Notes: generated by a model not told the origin, from the sequence alone. Positions 9,116 to 18,243 are shown, counted from the stretch's first letter. The stretch: DNA of 37,764 bases from Nitrospirota bacterium (GCA_016201875.1 JACQBY010000028.1:1-37764), one strand, 5' to 3'. Translations and numbers: made by a program.

Positions 9116-10273
9116 CTACCGCTCTGGATGCCGCCTGTCATGCTTTAACGGATCCAGGGGGAGATGAAGGGTAAAGGTGGTTCCTTTAGACAACAGGGAT
9201 TTGACGTCGATCGAACCGCGATGCTGATCAATGAATTGATGGCAGGCCATGAGTCCCAGGCCGGTTCCCTCCTGCCGGGTCGTAAAAAAGGGATTAAACA
9301 ATTTTTGAAGGTTTTCTTCCGAGATGCCGCAGCCGGTATCGGAGATCATAATCTGCACCAGCCTGTCGCTAAACTTTTCCGTTGTGATCGTAATCGTTCC
9401 TTCCCCGGTCGCCTGAATCGCATTTAAAATCAAATTAATCACCACCTGTTTGATTTTCTCGGAATCCAGAATAACAGGAGGAATCTCCCTGGACAGATGG
9501 GTCAGAATGGAAAGGTTTTTCTTTGCCGCTTCTTTCTCCAGAAGCGAGACGGTCTCCTTGATCAGAAGGTTCAAATCAGCTCCGGCGAGAGATAATTTAG
9601 AATCTCCCGTGTTTTTTGAATAGGAAAGCAACTCTGAAATAATCTGCCGGATTCTAACAACATCCTTGCAGGCCACCTGATGGAACCTTTTCCAAAAATC
9701 GGGATCTTCCTCTGTTTTCTTTTGGGGGGCCATTTCCAAAAAGGTCTGAATCGCAACAAGAGGGTTATTAATTTCATGAGCCATCCCCGCCGCCAGAATC
9801 CCTATCGCCCCCAGCCGGTTCGTTCTCGCCATCTTTTGCATGGTCTTGATTTTCTCGGAATAAAGCCGGTCTCTTTCCTGAATCAAAAAGTATCTCTCTA
9901 TTCCACTCCTGAGATATTGCTTTAGTTGAAGCGGTTCATAAGGCTTTTCGACGCATTGATAAATCTGCCCGAAATTGACCGCATCCATCAGGGTTTTCAA
10001 ATCGATAAAGGCAGTCATCAGCATTCTGACTATATCAGGCCTTTTTTCCGCGACTTTTTGAAGAAGTTCAACGCCTGTCATCCCCGGCATTCTTTGATCC
10101 GTTAAAACCAGTGCGATTTCGGGATGATGCTCGATTAACTCAAGGGCTTCTTCTCCCTTTCCGGCAGTCAAAACAGTCAATTCTGTTCCAAAATACCTTT
10201 GAAAAACTTCAAGTCCGACTTCTTCATCGTCAACGTATAGTATGGAGTACTTCCTGTAATTCAGGTCTTTCAT
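9116..10273 (-). CDS. Receiver-histidine kinase hybrid (REC-HisKA-HATPase)
   Basis: N-terminal REC (ILYVDDE...LVLTDQRMPGMTG...K), H-box GMAHEINNPL, N box INLILNAIQA, G boxes SDTGCGI and GTGLGL. Confidence 0.9.
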   Translation of the reverse strand: MKDLNYRKYSILYVDDEEVGLEVFQRYFGTELTVLTAGKGEEALELIEHHPEIALVLTDQRMPGMTGVELLQKVAEKRPDIVRMLMTAFIDLKTLMDAVNFGQIYQCVEKPYEPLQLKQYLRSGIERYFLIQERDRLYSEKIKTMQKMARTNRLGAIGILAAGMAHEINNPLVAIQTFLEMAPQKKTEEDPDFWKRFHQVACKDVVRIRQIISELLSYSKNTGDSKLSLAGADLNLLIKETVSLLEKEAAKKNLSILTHLSREIPPVILDSEKIKQVVINLILNAIQATGEGTITITTEKFSDRLVQIMISDTGCGISEENLQKLFNPFFTTRQEGTGLGLMACHQFIDQHRGSIDVKSLLSKGTTFTLHLPLDPLKHDRRHPER

Positions 10274-10300
10274 TCGGCTCCAGAGCTAAATAAAATAGGG

Positions 10301-13300
10301 TTAACGAGTCTGTTGAACAGGATGTTCTTTCGGAATAAATCCAGGATTGGACCGGGTGGCCGGAAGCGAAACAATCATTTCCGTTCCTTCATTTTCTATG
10401 CTTTTGACGGTAATCGAACCATGATGCGCCTGAATCACCTGGTAGGCCAGAAAAAGCCCCAAACCCATCCCCTCCCCAACATTCCTTAAGGTAAAAAACG
10501 GTTCAAATAAATGTTCCAGCTTTTCTTTTTTAATTCCCCGGCCATTATCCTTAATTGAAACCCAGACTCTATCTTCACCATCGTTCCAGGTTTTGATCCA
10601 GATTAAACCTCGTTCTCCGACTGCTCTTACAGCGTTATCAAGAACCACTTCAAACAACTGGCTTAATAAAAGAGGCATTCCTTCGATTTCTCTATTCAAA
10701 TGATAATCTTTAAAAAAAGTAATCCTCTCTTTTGGAAAAGAGGGATTCATCTCTTCGAGCCGGGCGACGGACCGTTCAATTAAACGGGTCAGGGAAAGCC
10801 TTTCAAAGTGAAGGGCCCGGCTGCCATCAAAAACTTTAAGCCGGTTAACGACCTCCTGAATCCGGTCGATCCCTTTTTTAACGATTTCAAGCGCCGGTCC
10901 GGCCGTTTTGATCAAACCGGTCAATTCCTCCCTGTGGCTTGTTATTTCTGAAGAATCCCCGATCGCCTTAAACCGTTCAAAAGCTTCAGAAATGATCTCC
11001 CAGGATGTCCGGGTAAAACTCACGGGATTATTGATCTCATGAACCACTCCTGCAACCATCACCGCCATGGCCGCCATTTTCTGGGAGTGGGCGCTCTCCT
11101 TTTCAAGCTCCTTTAACTTCAGGAGGGACCTGACCCTCGCGGTTAATTCTTCCATATTAAACGGTTTGGTTAAATATTCATCCGCGCCATGTTCAAAACC
11201 TTCAATTTTGTTTGAGGCCTCTGATTTTGCCGTCAGAAGAATGACCGGAATATGGCCGGTTCTTTTATCGGCTTTCACTTCTCTGCAAAGCTGATAACCA
11301 TCTTTTAAAGGCATCATGACATCCGAAATGATAAGATCCGGCATATAGGCTCTGGCCGACTGAACCCCCTCGACCCCGTTCTTTGCCATTAATACGGAAT
11401 ACTCTTTTCTAAGAATGGAACAAATGAAGTTTTGCATCTGTAGATCATCTTCTGCAATCAGGATCTGATACTGCTTCTTTTTTCCGCTTTCGGGTTTTTC
11501 TTCTCCCTGTTCCGGTTTTATCCAGTCCGAAGATTGATAAAGGGCGCTGACAGAAAGGGATTTCGTTAAATCTTCACTCCTCCGCTTTAGATTTGTTTCG
11601 AACTCCACTTCTCTCCGGTCTTTATGGTCTTCAACATCTTCAATTTCCATCACCAAAGGAAGAGTGAAAATAAAAACCGATCCTTTATCCAATTCGCTCT
11701 CTACCCAGATTTTCCCCTGATGCATTTCAACAAATTCTTTGCAAAGGGCCAGCCCGAGGCCGGACCCCTGGTATTTCCGGCTTGAAGAGCTGTCTACCTG
11801 AGTAAACCGTTCAAAGATCTTTTCCAGATAAGAGGCCGGCACTCCGATTCCGGTATCCCGGACTCTGGCTTCTATCAACCCCCCTTTTACCTCCAGGGAA
11901 ATCCAGATAGATCCTTCGGAACCGGTAAATTTCAGCGCATTTGAAATCAGATTGATCAATACCCGTTCAATTTTTTCCCTGTCAAAATAAAATTCAGGAA
12001 TTTCGGATTCTGCCGAATAAGTCAATCGGATATTGCGTTTATCCGCCATTAAAGAGAGCGAAGAAACAATCCCCTGGACAATCAGGTTCAGATCATATTT
12101 ATTTTTAAACACCGCCATCTTGCCCGCATCGGTTTTTGCCAGATCCAGAAGGCCGTTGATCAGGTTCAACAGGCGGAGTCCGTTTGCCCGGACGGCTGTT
12201 AAACTCTTTTTCATTTCAGGAGATACAGCGCCATATTCATTATTTAAGATCATTTCAAGAGGAAGCAAAATAAGGGTTAATGGCGTTCGAAGCTCATGGT
12301 TCACATTGGCAAAAAACTCGGTCTTCAGCCGGTCCAGTTCTTTTAATTTGGCATAAGACTCTTCCAGTTCTTTTTTACTTTCAGCTAATTCCCGGGTACG
12401 TTCTTCTACCTTATTTTCAAGCTCTTGACCCCATGTTTTTAATTCCTGTGACATTTTATTGACATCGTCATAAAGAAGAGAATTACTTAGCGCAATAGAA
12501 GCCTCAGTTCTTAAATTGGAAAGGAAGTCAATATCCATTTTTGAAAAAGGCTTGAGGTTATCCTTTTCTCCCAAATTAATGATACCAATCAAGTTTCCGT
12601 CGTGAATCAAAGGGATGGCGACTTTCGCATTAAATTTCTGGAAATAGGATCGAGCCAGGGAACGAACGTTTTCAAATTGAGGATTAAATTCAACCTCCTC
12701 CCGCTCAATCACACTATCGTGTTCTTTCATACAGGCCAGACAGGGATCATTCAAGCTTAGAATCTCATCTGTTCCAACCACTTTATAATTCTGGTTTTTA
12801 TCGCTCCAAAGAATTAACGTTATTTTAGAAACATAAAGCGCTTCTTTGATGGTCGCCGCAATTTTTTCTATTAACCTGTCCAGATTTTTTAATGCGGCAA
12901 GTTCTTTTACCATCCCTTGAAGAATCTTCTGCATATCATATTTGCGCCGTTGAAAAAGGTGATCTATTCGAGGCTGAATAAATTTAACATAAGGTATTAA
13001 TAAAACTGTTACCGCCCATACATACAGAGAAAGCTGAACAGGTGTTAAACGGCTAATCCAAAGATGACCGATATAAAATATTCCGGCAATCGGAAATAAG
13101 ATGAGGGATGAGATTCCTACCCACATTAATGTTTTATGAATTACTGTCGATATGTCCATGAATTTATATCTAATGATGGCATAGCCTGTTATGAAAAAGT
13201 AAAGAGGTACGATAAAAACACCATATGGATAGAATTTAATACCAAAAGTTGGAATAAAGGTGGTAGAGCCACCTGTATAAGTAATTAACCATGACAATGC

Positions 13301-13813
13301 CACATATAAAATCATCGGTTTTGAAGTATTTGAAGAAGCCTGAAATGCTATCTTAAGCTGGTAAAGAGTAAATATAACCATGCTGAAGAAGAATAAGGAA
13401 AAGGGAAACATGAGGTATCCTGCTTCAGTATAGTAATTGAAGTCCAGGATCGGTCTAACACCTTTGAGAAAAAGATTCCCAAAAATATCAAAAGGGACAA
13501 GCAATGATGCAAATATGTAAGCTGTCTTAAGAAAGGTTTTATTTAGCTTTTCTCTGCCAACGAAAGCCAAGGTTGCTTGGCAATGCACAACAGATATATA
13601 AATTGCAGGTAAAAAGAGTGCCTTCCCCCAAAATAATGCATCAATTTCTCGAGAACTTTTCAGCATCATTCCAAAGCTAAAACTCCATAAGGCGAATATA
13701 ATGGTGGAAAAAAGATAAAGTCTATTTACCCTATTTTTGTGATCTTTCAGAAAAACGAAAAGCCCTAGCACTAAACTTAAAAGAGTGTTTGTAAATAAGA
13801 ATATTTTGATCAA
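10301..13813 (-). CDS. Multidomain sensor kinase: 7TM (HisKA_7TM-like) - GAF - HisKA/HATPase - REC - second HisKA/HATPase
   Basis: 1170-aa ORF. About 7 hydrophobic helices in aa 1-285, ending in RYKFMDI. GAF-like segment (aa ~300-450) and a coiled coil. H-box NVNHELRTPL (His506) with G boxes DTGIGV and GSGLGL. REC (ILIAEDD...LIISDVMMPLKDG...LTAK). Second H-box VVHEINNPV with DNGRGI and GMGLGL. Confidence 0.9.
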   Translation of the reverse strand: MIKIFLFTNTLLSLVLGLFVFLKDHKNRVNRLYLFSTIIFALWSFSFGMMLKSSREIDALFWGKALFLPAIYISVVHCQATLAFVGREKLNKTFLKTAYIFASLLVPFDIFGNLFLKGVRPILDFNYYTEAGYLMFPFSLFFFSMVIFTLYQLKIAFQASSNTSKPMILYVALSWLITYTGGSTTFIPTFGIKFYPYGVFIVPLYFFITGYAIIRYKFMDISTVIHKTLMWVGISSLILFPIAGIFYIGHLWISRLTPVQLSLYVWAVTVLLIPYVKFIQPRIDHLFQRRKYDMQKILQGMVKELAALKNLDRLIEKIAATIKEALYVSKITLILWSDKNQNYKVVGTDEILSLNDPCLACMKEHDSVIEREEVEFNPQFENVRSLARSYFQKFNAKVAIPLIHDGNLIGIINLGEKDNLKPFSKMDIDFLSNLRTEASIALSNSLLYDDVNKMSQELKTWGQELENKVEERTRELAESKKELEESYAKLKELDRLKTEFFANVNHELRTPLTLILLPLEMILNNEYGAVSPEMKKSLTAVRANGLRLLNLINGLLDLAKTDAGKMAVFKNKYDLNLIVQGIVSSLSLMADKRNIRLTYSAESEIPEFYFDREKIERVLINLISNALKFTGSEGSIWISLEVKGGLIEARVRDTGIGVPASYLEKIFERFTQVDSSSSRKYQGSGLGLALCKEFVEMHQGKIWVESELDKGSVFIFTLPLVMEIEDVEDHKDRREVEFETNLKRRSEDLTKSLSVSALYQSSDWIKPEQGEEKPESGKKKQYQILIAEDDLQMQNFICSILRKEYSVLMAKNGVEGVQSARAYMPDLIISDVMMPLKDGYQLCREVKADKRTGHIPVILLTAKSEASNKIEGFEHGADEYLTKPFNMEELTARVRSLLKLKELEKESAHSQKMAAMAVMVAGVVHEINNPVSFTRTSWEIISEAFERFKAIGDSSEITSHREELTGLIKTAGPALEIVKKGIDRIQEVVNRLKVFDGSRALHFERLSLTRLIERSVARLEEMNPSFPKERITFFKDYHLNREIEGMPLLLSQLFEVVLDNAVRAVGERGLIWIKTWNDGEDRVWVSIKDNGRGIKKEKLEHLFEPFFTLRNVGEGMGLGLFLAYQVIQAHHGSITVKSIENEGTEMIVSLPATRSNPGFIPKEHPVQQTR

Positions 13814-13829
13814 GAAAAGATCCTCTTAA

Positions 13830-15626
13830 TTAATTTGTAAGATTGAATCTCTCACCTATATCTTTAAATACAGTTAAAGCAATATCAAGATCTTCAATTG
13901 AATTTGTTGCAATAGGAGCAAGTCGAAGTCTAGCTTCTCCTCGTTTAACAGCGGGTCTGCCAATTGCTCCAACGAAAACACCCCTCTCCTGCATGGCCCC
14001 AGCAACTTGATGCGCAAGTGCCTCGTCTCCAATTATGACTGGAATGATTTGTGTCGTACTTGTCCCTAGATTAAAACCCATTTTTAAAAGCCCACTTCGA
14101 AGATATTTTATATTGAACCAAAGCTTTGGAATTAACTCCTTATCAGATTCTAGAACATCTAAAGCAGCGAGCACGGTAGCGCAAATTACAGGGGTAAGAC
14201 TTGTTGTAAAAAGCGACATCATAGAAAAGTATCTTAAATAATTTATTGTTTCCTTGCTACCTGCCACATATCCTCCAATACTCGCAAGCGCCTTTCCAAA
14301 GGAGTCTGTCACAATATCTACTTGTCCTTCGATCTGAAAATGGCTAAGACTTCCCTTTCCATTTACACCTAGAACGCCAGAACCAAATACATCATCAACT
14401 AAAAGAACCGCATTATATCTTTTAGCTAATTTGCAAATTTCACTCAGATTCGCAAGATCTCCATCCATACTGAACACACTATCCGTTATAATAATTTTTT
14501 TATAAATTGCATACACATTTAACAGCTTTTCAAGGTGTTCCATATCATTGTGTCTATAAACTCTTACTCGCGATTTCGAGGCTCTACATCCTTCAAAGAG
14601 ACTTATGTGATTCTTTGCATCATTTAGAAGAACAAAATCTTCTCTAAAAAGAGTCGATATTGCTCCTACATTCGCCATAAAACCCGTACTAAATAGAATT
14701 GCATCTTCCATTGATTTAAACTTTGCCAGCCGTTCTTCTAACCTTTTATGAAGATCAAAAGTTCCTCCTAAAACATTGGGACTTCCCGCTCCTGTTCCAT
14801 ATTTCTCAATCGCCTTAATTGCCGCTTCTTTCACCCTAGGATCTGAAGCAAGACCTAAATGATCATTAGAAGAAAGCATAATTAACTTCTTGCCCTTTAA
14901 GGTAATTCTTGGACCACACCCAGAATCAACGACTCTAGCGTAGGTATGTCTCTCTGCCCATTTATGTAAAGTTTCGTTTGTTCTCTTAATGGAATCATGA
15001 AAACTCTCATTTTGAGTCAATAAATTCACATCTCTTAATTCACCAGTGTCTTCAATAGCTTTATAGTTCCCCATGCTAGGTTTCTCATGAATTCGAGATG
15101 ACTGATCGAGAAGATTTATATCCTTTTCGGTCAGAGGTTCTTTAGAAAATAGAATATTCAATAAAGATTGTTTTTGTATTATAGAACTCTGCTTGAATTC
15201 CTGAATTGCAAAGCTTAATATTTTTTGTTCCCAATCCTTATCCTTAATTTCAGAAAACTTAAGTCTTATTGCATTTTCTCGAGAAGAGATAACAACTGCT
15301 GCAATTTTGATATTGCAGGCCTGTGCAAAGTTAAATCTAAGCGACAGAGCCGTACCAGCGTTTAAATTAACATCGCAAAATACTAGAAGACCGTTAGGAC
15401 TAATGTCGTGGGTATAGCCAAAAATTTCTTTCTTATCTAGCCGCAAGCAAACGGGGATTTTGAACTGCTCCCGCTCATAATTGCGGATTTGCTCCGCAAG
15501 GCGCCTTCTTTCGTTAGAGATTGCTGTTTCATTTTGCCGTTGCTCGGCCATCCTTCTCTCTTTCAAATTAATAGGTAAAGTCTGCTTTCTTCTTTCATAA
15601 AATATTGTGTTTTCAGATAACATCAT
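13830..15626 (-). CDS. PilZ domain fused to an alpha-oxoamine synthase family PLP enzyme (BioF/KBL/SPT/CqsA family)
   Basis: 598-aa ORF. PilZ signatures R48-NYE-R52 (RxxxR) and D74-ISPNG79 (DxSxxG). The C-terminal ~375 aa carry SSNDHLGL, NHISLFEG, SVFSMDGD, VDDVFGSG and DSFGK445 (PLP lysine). The start could also be Met26 (15551). Confidence 0.8.
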   Translation of the reverse strand: MMLSENTIFYERRKQTLPINLKERRMAEQRQNETAISNERRRLAEQIRNYEREQFKIPVCLRLDKKEIFGYTHDISPNGLLVFCDVNLNAGTALSLRFNFAQACNIKIAAVVISSRENAIRLKFSEIKDKDWEQKILSFAIQEFKQSSIIQKQSLLNILFSKEPLTEKDINLLDQSSRIHEKPSMGNYKAIEDTGELRDVNLLTQNESFHDSIKRTNETLHKWAERHTYARVVDSGCGPRITLKGKKLIMLSSNDHLGLASDPRVKEAAIKAIEKYGTGAGSPNVLGGTFDLHKRLEERLAKFKSMEDAILFSTGFMANVGAISTLFREDFVLLNDAKNHISLFEGCRASKSRVRVYRHNDMEHLEKLLNVYAIYKKIIITDSVFSMDGDLANLSEICKLAKRYNAVLLVDDVFGSGVLGVNGKGSLSHFQIEGQVDIVTDSFGKALASIGGYVAGSKETINYLRYFSMMSLFTTSLTPVICATVLAALDVLESDKELIPKLWFNIKYLRSGLLKMGFNLGTSTTQIIPVIIGDEALAHQVAGAMQERGVFVGAIGRPAVKRGEARLRLAPIATNSIEDLDIALTVFKDIGERFNLTN

Positions 15627-15674
15627 GCACCTCCCTCTGGGATTAAGAAAATATAACTAGGAATTTTATTTAAA

Positions 15675-15899
15675 CTAATACAAACGTATTAATTTGTGAG
15701 ACCCCTCTCCCTCCCCCTCAAGGGGGGAGGTTTGGAGAGGGAGAACATCGGATGTAGACACTGCCATGCCTTTATTGCTAATATCAAAAGCCTCCCCTTT
15801 GTATATTATTGGTTTTTTTGTTTCGGGATCTCTAAGCTGTATGAATACCTCTAATAAATGTTTTACACGATGAGTTTCTCGGCGATCTGATTTAACCAT
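15675..15899 (-). CDS. Short PilZ-domain ORF, probably C-terminally truncated
   Basis: 74-aa ORF with RRETHR (RxxxR) and DISNKG (DxSxxG). Only 33 aa follow the second motif, and the last ~20 codons are encoded by a G/C palindromic element. Confidence 0.5.
   Translation of the reverse strand: MVKSDRRETHRVKHLLEVFIQLRDPETKKPIIYKGEAFDISNKGMAVSTSDVLPLQTSPLEGEGEGSHKLIRLY
15702..15743. repeat. Imperfect G/C-rich palindrome (REP-like hairpin)
   Basis: ccctctccctccccc-tcaa-ggggggagg-tttg-gagaggg. The inner stem is cctccccc/gggggagg and the outer stem is ctctc/gagag with a bulge. It lies inside the 3' end of the short PilZ ORF. It occurs once in this window. Confidence 0.55.
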
Positions 15900-16274
15900 T
15901 TATCTTTCTACCTCTCTATAAATAATAATAAACAATAGCTTATATTTTAATTTCGGGGGGGAATTAGAAATACATTGATAGAATAAAATCGAAAGGAATT
16001 TGCTAGGGTGAATATCATACAATGTTAGATGCTTCTCCCTTATTTGATGAGAAACTAACAGCTCTTTATCGCACTCATAAAATGAACCTGATTCTTTTAG
16101 AGAATATCAAAAATCGTTGATTTGTCAATTGAAAGTATGATTAAGGGTGTTTTTATTTTTTTCAATTTCTGTCTGATCTGGCTAAATGGAGTGAGGCCAA
16201 AGCAACGGAACTTGGCTATTTTTATATTTATCTTAAATTAAGACTTTATCACAAACGACAGGAATGATGACCCT

Positions 16275-18242
16275 ATGAATATTCTCGATGTTCAACAGCT
16301 TAGCAAAAAATATGCAATAAAACCAGTTCTCGATCAGGCCGCCTTTACCATCGGAGAGGATGAAAAGGTCGGGTTTATCGGTCTTAACGGCAGCGGAAAA
16401 TCAACTCTTTTCAGAATTATCGCCTCTCTGGAAAGCTCGGATGGGGGGGTCATCTCGATAAAGCGGGGATCCACCATAGGCTATTTGCCTCAGGACCCCG
16501 TTATCAACCCCGTCCATACGATCAAAGAAGAACTGCTCACCGCCTTTCACAAACTCCGCCCCGCTCTCGAACGCTTTGAAGAAATCAGCCATCTTCTTCA
16601 TGATGCCGCGGATAAAAATAAAAAAGCCCTCCTCGATGAACACTCGAAGCTCTCCCATCAAATCTCCGAGCAGGGAGGATGGAATCTCGATCACAAACTG
16701 GAAGAGGTTCTGAGCCATCTTTCGATCAAGGGTTCAGATAGAAACGAAACGGGTCTCGATGAATTAATGGGGAACTTATCCGGAGGGATGAAGAAAAGGG
16801 TCGCCATTGCCAAGCTCGTTTTAGAGTCTCCTTCTCTCCTCCTGCTGGATGAACCGACCAACCATCTCGATGCGGATACCGTGCAATGGCTGGAGGATTT
16901 TCTGATCGGGTATCACGGAGCGGTCATGCTGATTACCCACGACCGGTATTTTCTCGACCGGGTGGTCAGCCGGATCATTGAAATCGACAGGGGAAAACTC
17001 TACCCCTTTCCCGGGAACTATACTGAATATCTGGTGAGGAAAGCAGACCTCCTCAATCATGAGAACAAGTCCCAGAGCAGGCTCATCACGCTTCTGCGGA
17101 ATGAAACGGCCTGGATAACGAGAGGCGCCCGGGCGCGCGGCACCAAATCCAAATCACGGATCGAGCGGTATGGAACGCTTCAGAGCCAGGTGAAAGGCCC
17201 TTCGTCCCTTTCCCTTCAGTTTGACTTTAAAACAGAATCCCGTCTCGGCGATATTATTCTTGAACTGCAATATCTGAGTAAATCTTTTGGGTCAAGATCT
17301 CTTTTTAAAAACCTTCTCTTTTCCATGAAAAAGGGAGACCGGATCGGGATTATCGGCCGGAACGGTTCGGGAAAAACAACCCTCCTCAAGATCATCCTCA
17401 AAGAGGAGTTCCCCTCATCGGGGAGCATCGTTCTGGGCAACAAAACAAAAATCGCCTATTTTGATCAGCATCGGGAGAGCCTTGACCCGAACCAGCGGGT
17501 GGAAGAAGCGCTCGGAGAAGGACTCTGGCTTAAAATTGGCGAAGAAACCCGCTTAAAGTCCTCGTATCTGGAATCTTTTCTCTTTTCCCATTCAGAGCAA
17601 AAAAAAATCATCCGCACCCTGTCCGGAGGGGAAAAAGCCCGGTTGAGCCTGGCGAAATTGATGCTGGAAAATGCGAACTTTCTCCTTTTGGACGAACCGA
17701 CAAACGACCTTGATATTCCGAGCCTTCAGCTTTTAGATGAAGCGCTCATTCAATTTGCCGGCTGTGTCCTGATGGTTACCCATGACCGCTATTTTCTGGA
17801 TAAGGTCGCCACCGGCATACTGAGTTTCGAACAGGACGGGACCACCCATTATATTCAGGGGAATTACCGGGACTACTTAAACTGGAAAAGAGGAAAAACC
17901 CTCTCGGGGAAAAACACCCCAAAACAGGAAGAGACTGCTATGTCACCCTCTTCTCCTAAAAAGGGACAGAAAAAATTAAGTTTCAAAGAAGAACGGGAAC
18001 TGGAAACGCTGGAAAAAGAAATCGGAACCCTGGAGGAAAGAAAAACCGAGATCGAAAAAGCGATGGGGAATCCCGTCTTTCTGGATCGCGAGGCCGTCAA
18101 CCAGCTGGGGACAGAATTCAAAAGAATTGAGTCAGACCTTCTTGAGAGAGTCAACCGTTGGGAAGCTCTTGAAACTAAAAAAGCGAGCTTTCAAACCCAG
18201 GGAGGGAACCCCCTGAGTGTTGAAAACCCGCTCTCTTTTTAA
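16275..18242 (+). CDS. ABC-F family ATPase (Uup/EttA-like, no membrane domain)
   Basis: 655-aa ORF with two cassettes. Walker A GLNGSGKST and GRNGSGKTT, signatures LSGGMKKR and LSGGEKAR, Walker B LLLLDEP and FLLLDEP, and a Lys/Glu-rich coiled-coil C-terminus. Confidence 0.92.
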   Translation: MNILDVQQLSKKYAIKPVLDQAAFTIGEDEKVGFIGLNGSGKSTLFRIIASLESSDGGVISIKRGSTIGYLPQDPVINPVHTIKEELLTAFHKLRPALERFEEISHLLHDAADKNKKALLDEHSKLSHQISEQGGWNLDHKLEEVLSHLSIKGSDRNETGLDELMGNLSGGMKKRVAIAKLVLESPSLLLLDEPTNHLDADTVQWLEDFLIGYHGAVMLITHDRYFLDRVVSRIIEIDRGKLYPFPGNYTEYLVRKADLLNHENKSQSRLITLLRNETAWITRGARARGTKSKSRIERYGTLQSQVKGPSSLSLQFDFKTESRLGDIILELQYLSKSFGSRSLFKNLLFSMKKGDRIGIIGRNGSGKTTLLKIILKEEFPSSGSIVLGNKTKIAYFDQHRESLDPNQRVEEALGEGLWLKIGEETRLKSSYLESFLFSHSEQKKIIRTLSGGEKARLSLAKLMLENANFLLLDEPTNDLDIPSLQLLDEALIQFAGCVLMVTHDRYFLDKVATGILSFEQDGTTHYIQGNYRDYLNWKRGKTLSGKNTPKQEETAMSPSSPKKGQKKLSFKEERELETLEKEIGTLEERKTEIEKAMGNPVFLDREAVNQLGTEFKRIESDLLERVNRWEALETKKASFQTQGGNPLSVENPLSF

Positions 18243-18243
18243 T

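Noticed and set aside
13830-15626. Calling this gene bioF (8-amino-7-oxononanoate synthase)
   Set aside because: The family membership is clear. However, there are no bio genes nearby, the N-terminal PilZ fusion and the VDDVFGS motif are atypical, and subfamily assignment needs a phylogeny.
15702-15743. The G/C palindrome as a rho-independent terminator
   Set aside because: No T tract follows it on either strand, and it lies inside an ORF. I keep it only as a repeat/hairpin.
16022-16120. 32-codon plus-strand ORF (MLDASPLFDEKLTALYRTHKMNLILLENIKNR) in the divergent intergenic region
   Set aside because: There is no Shine-Dalgarno sequence and no recognisable family. I cannot distinguish it from noise without conservation data.
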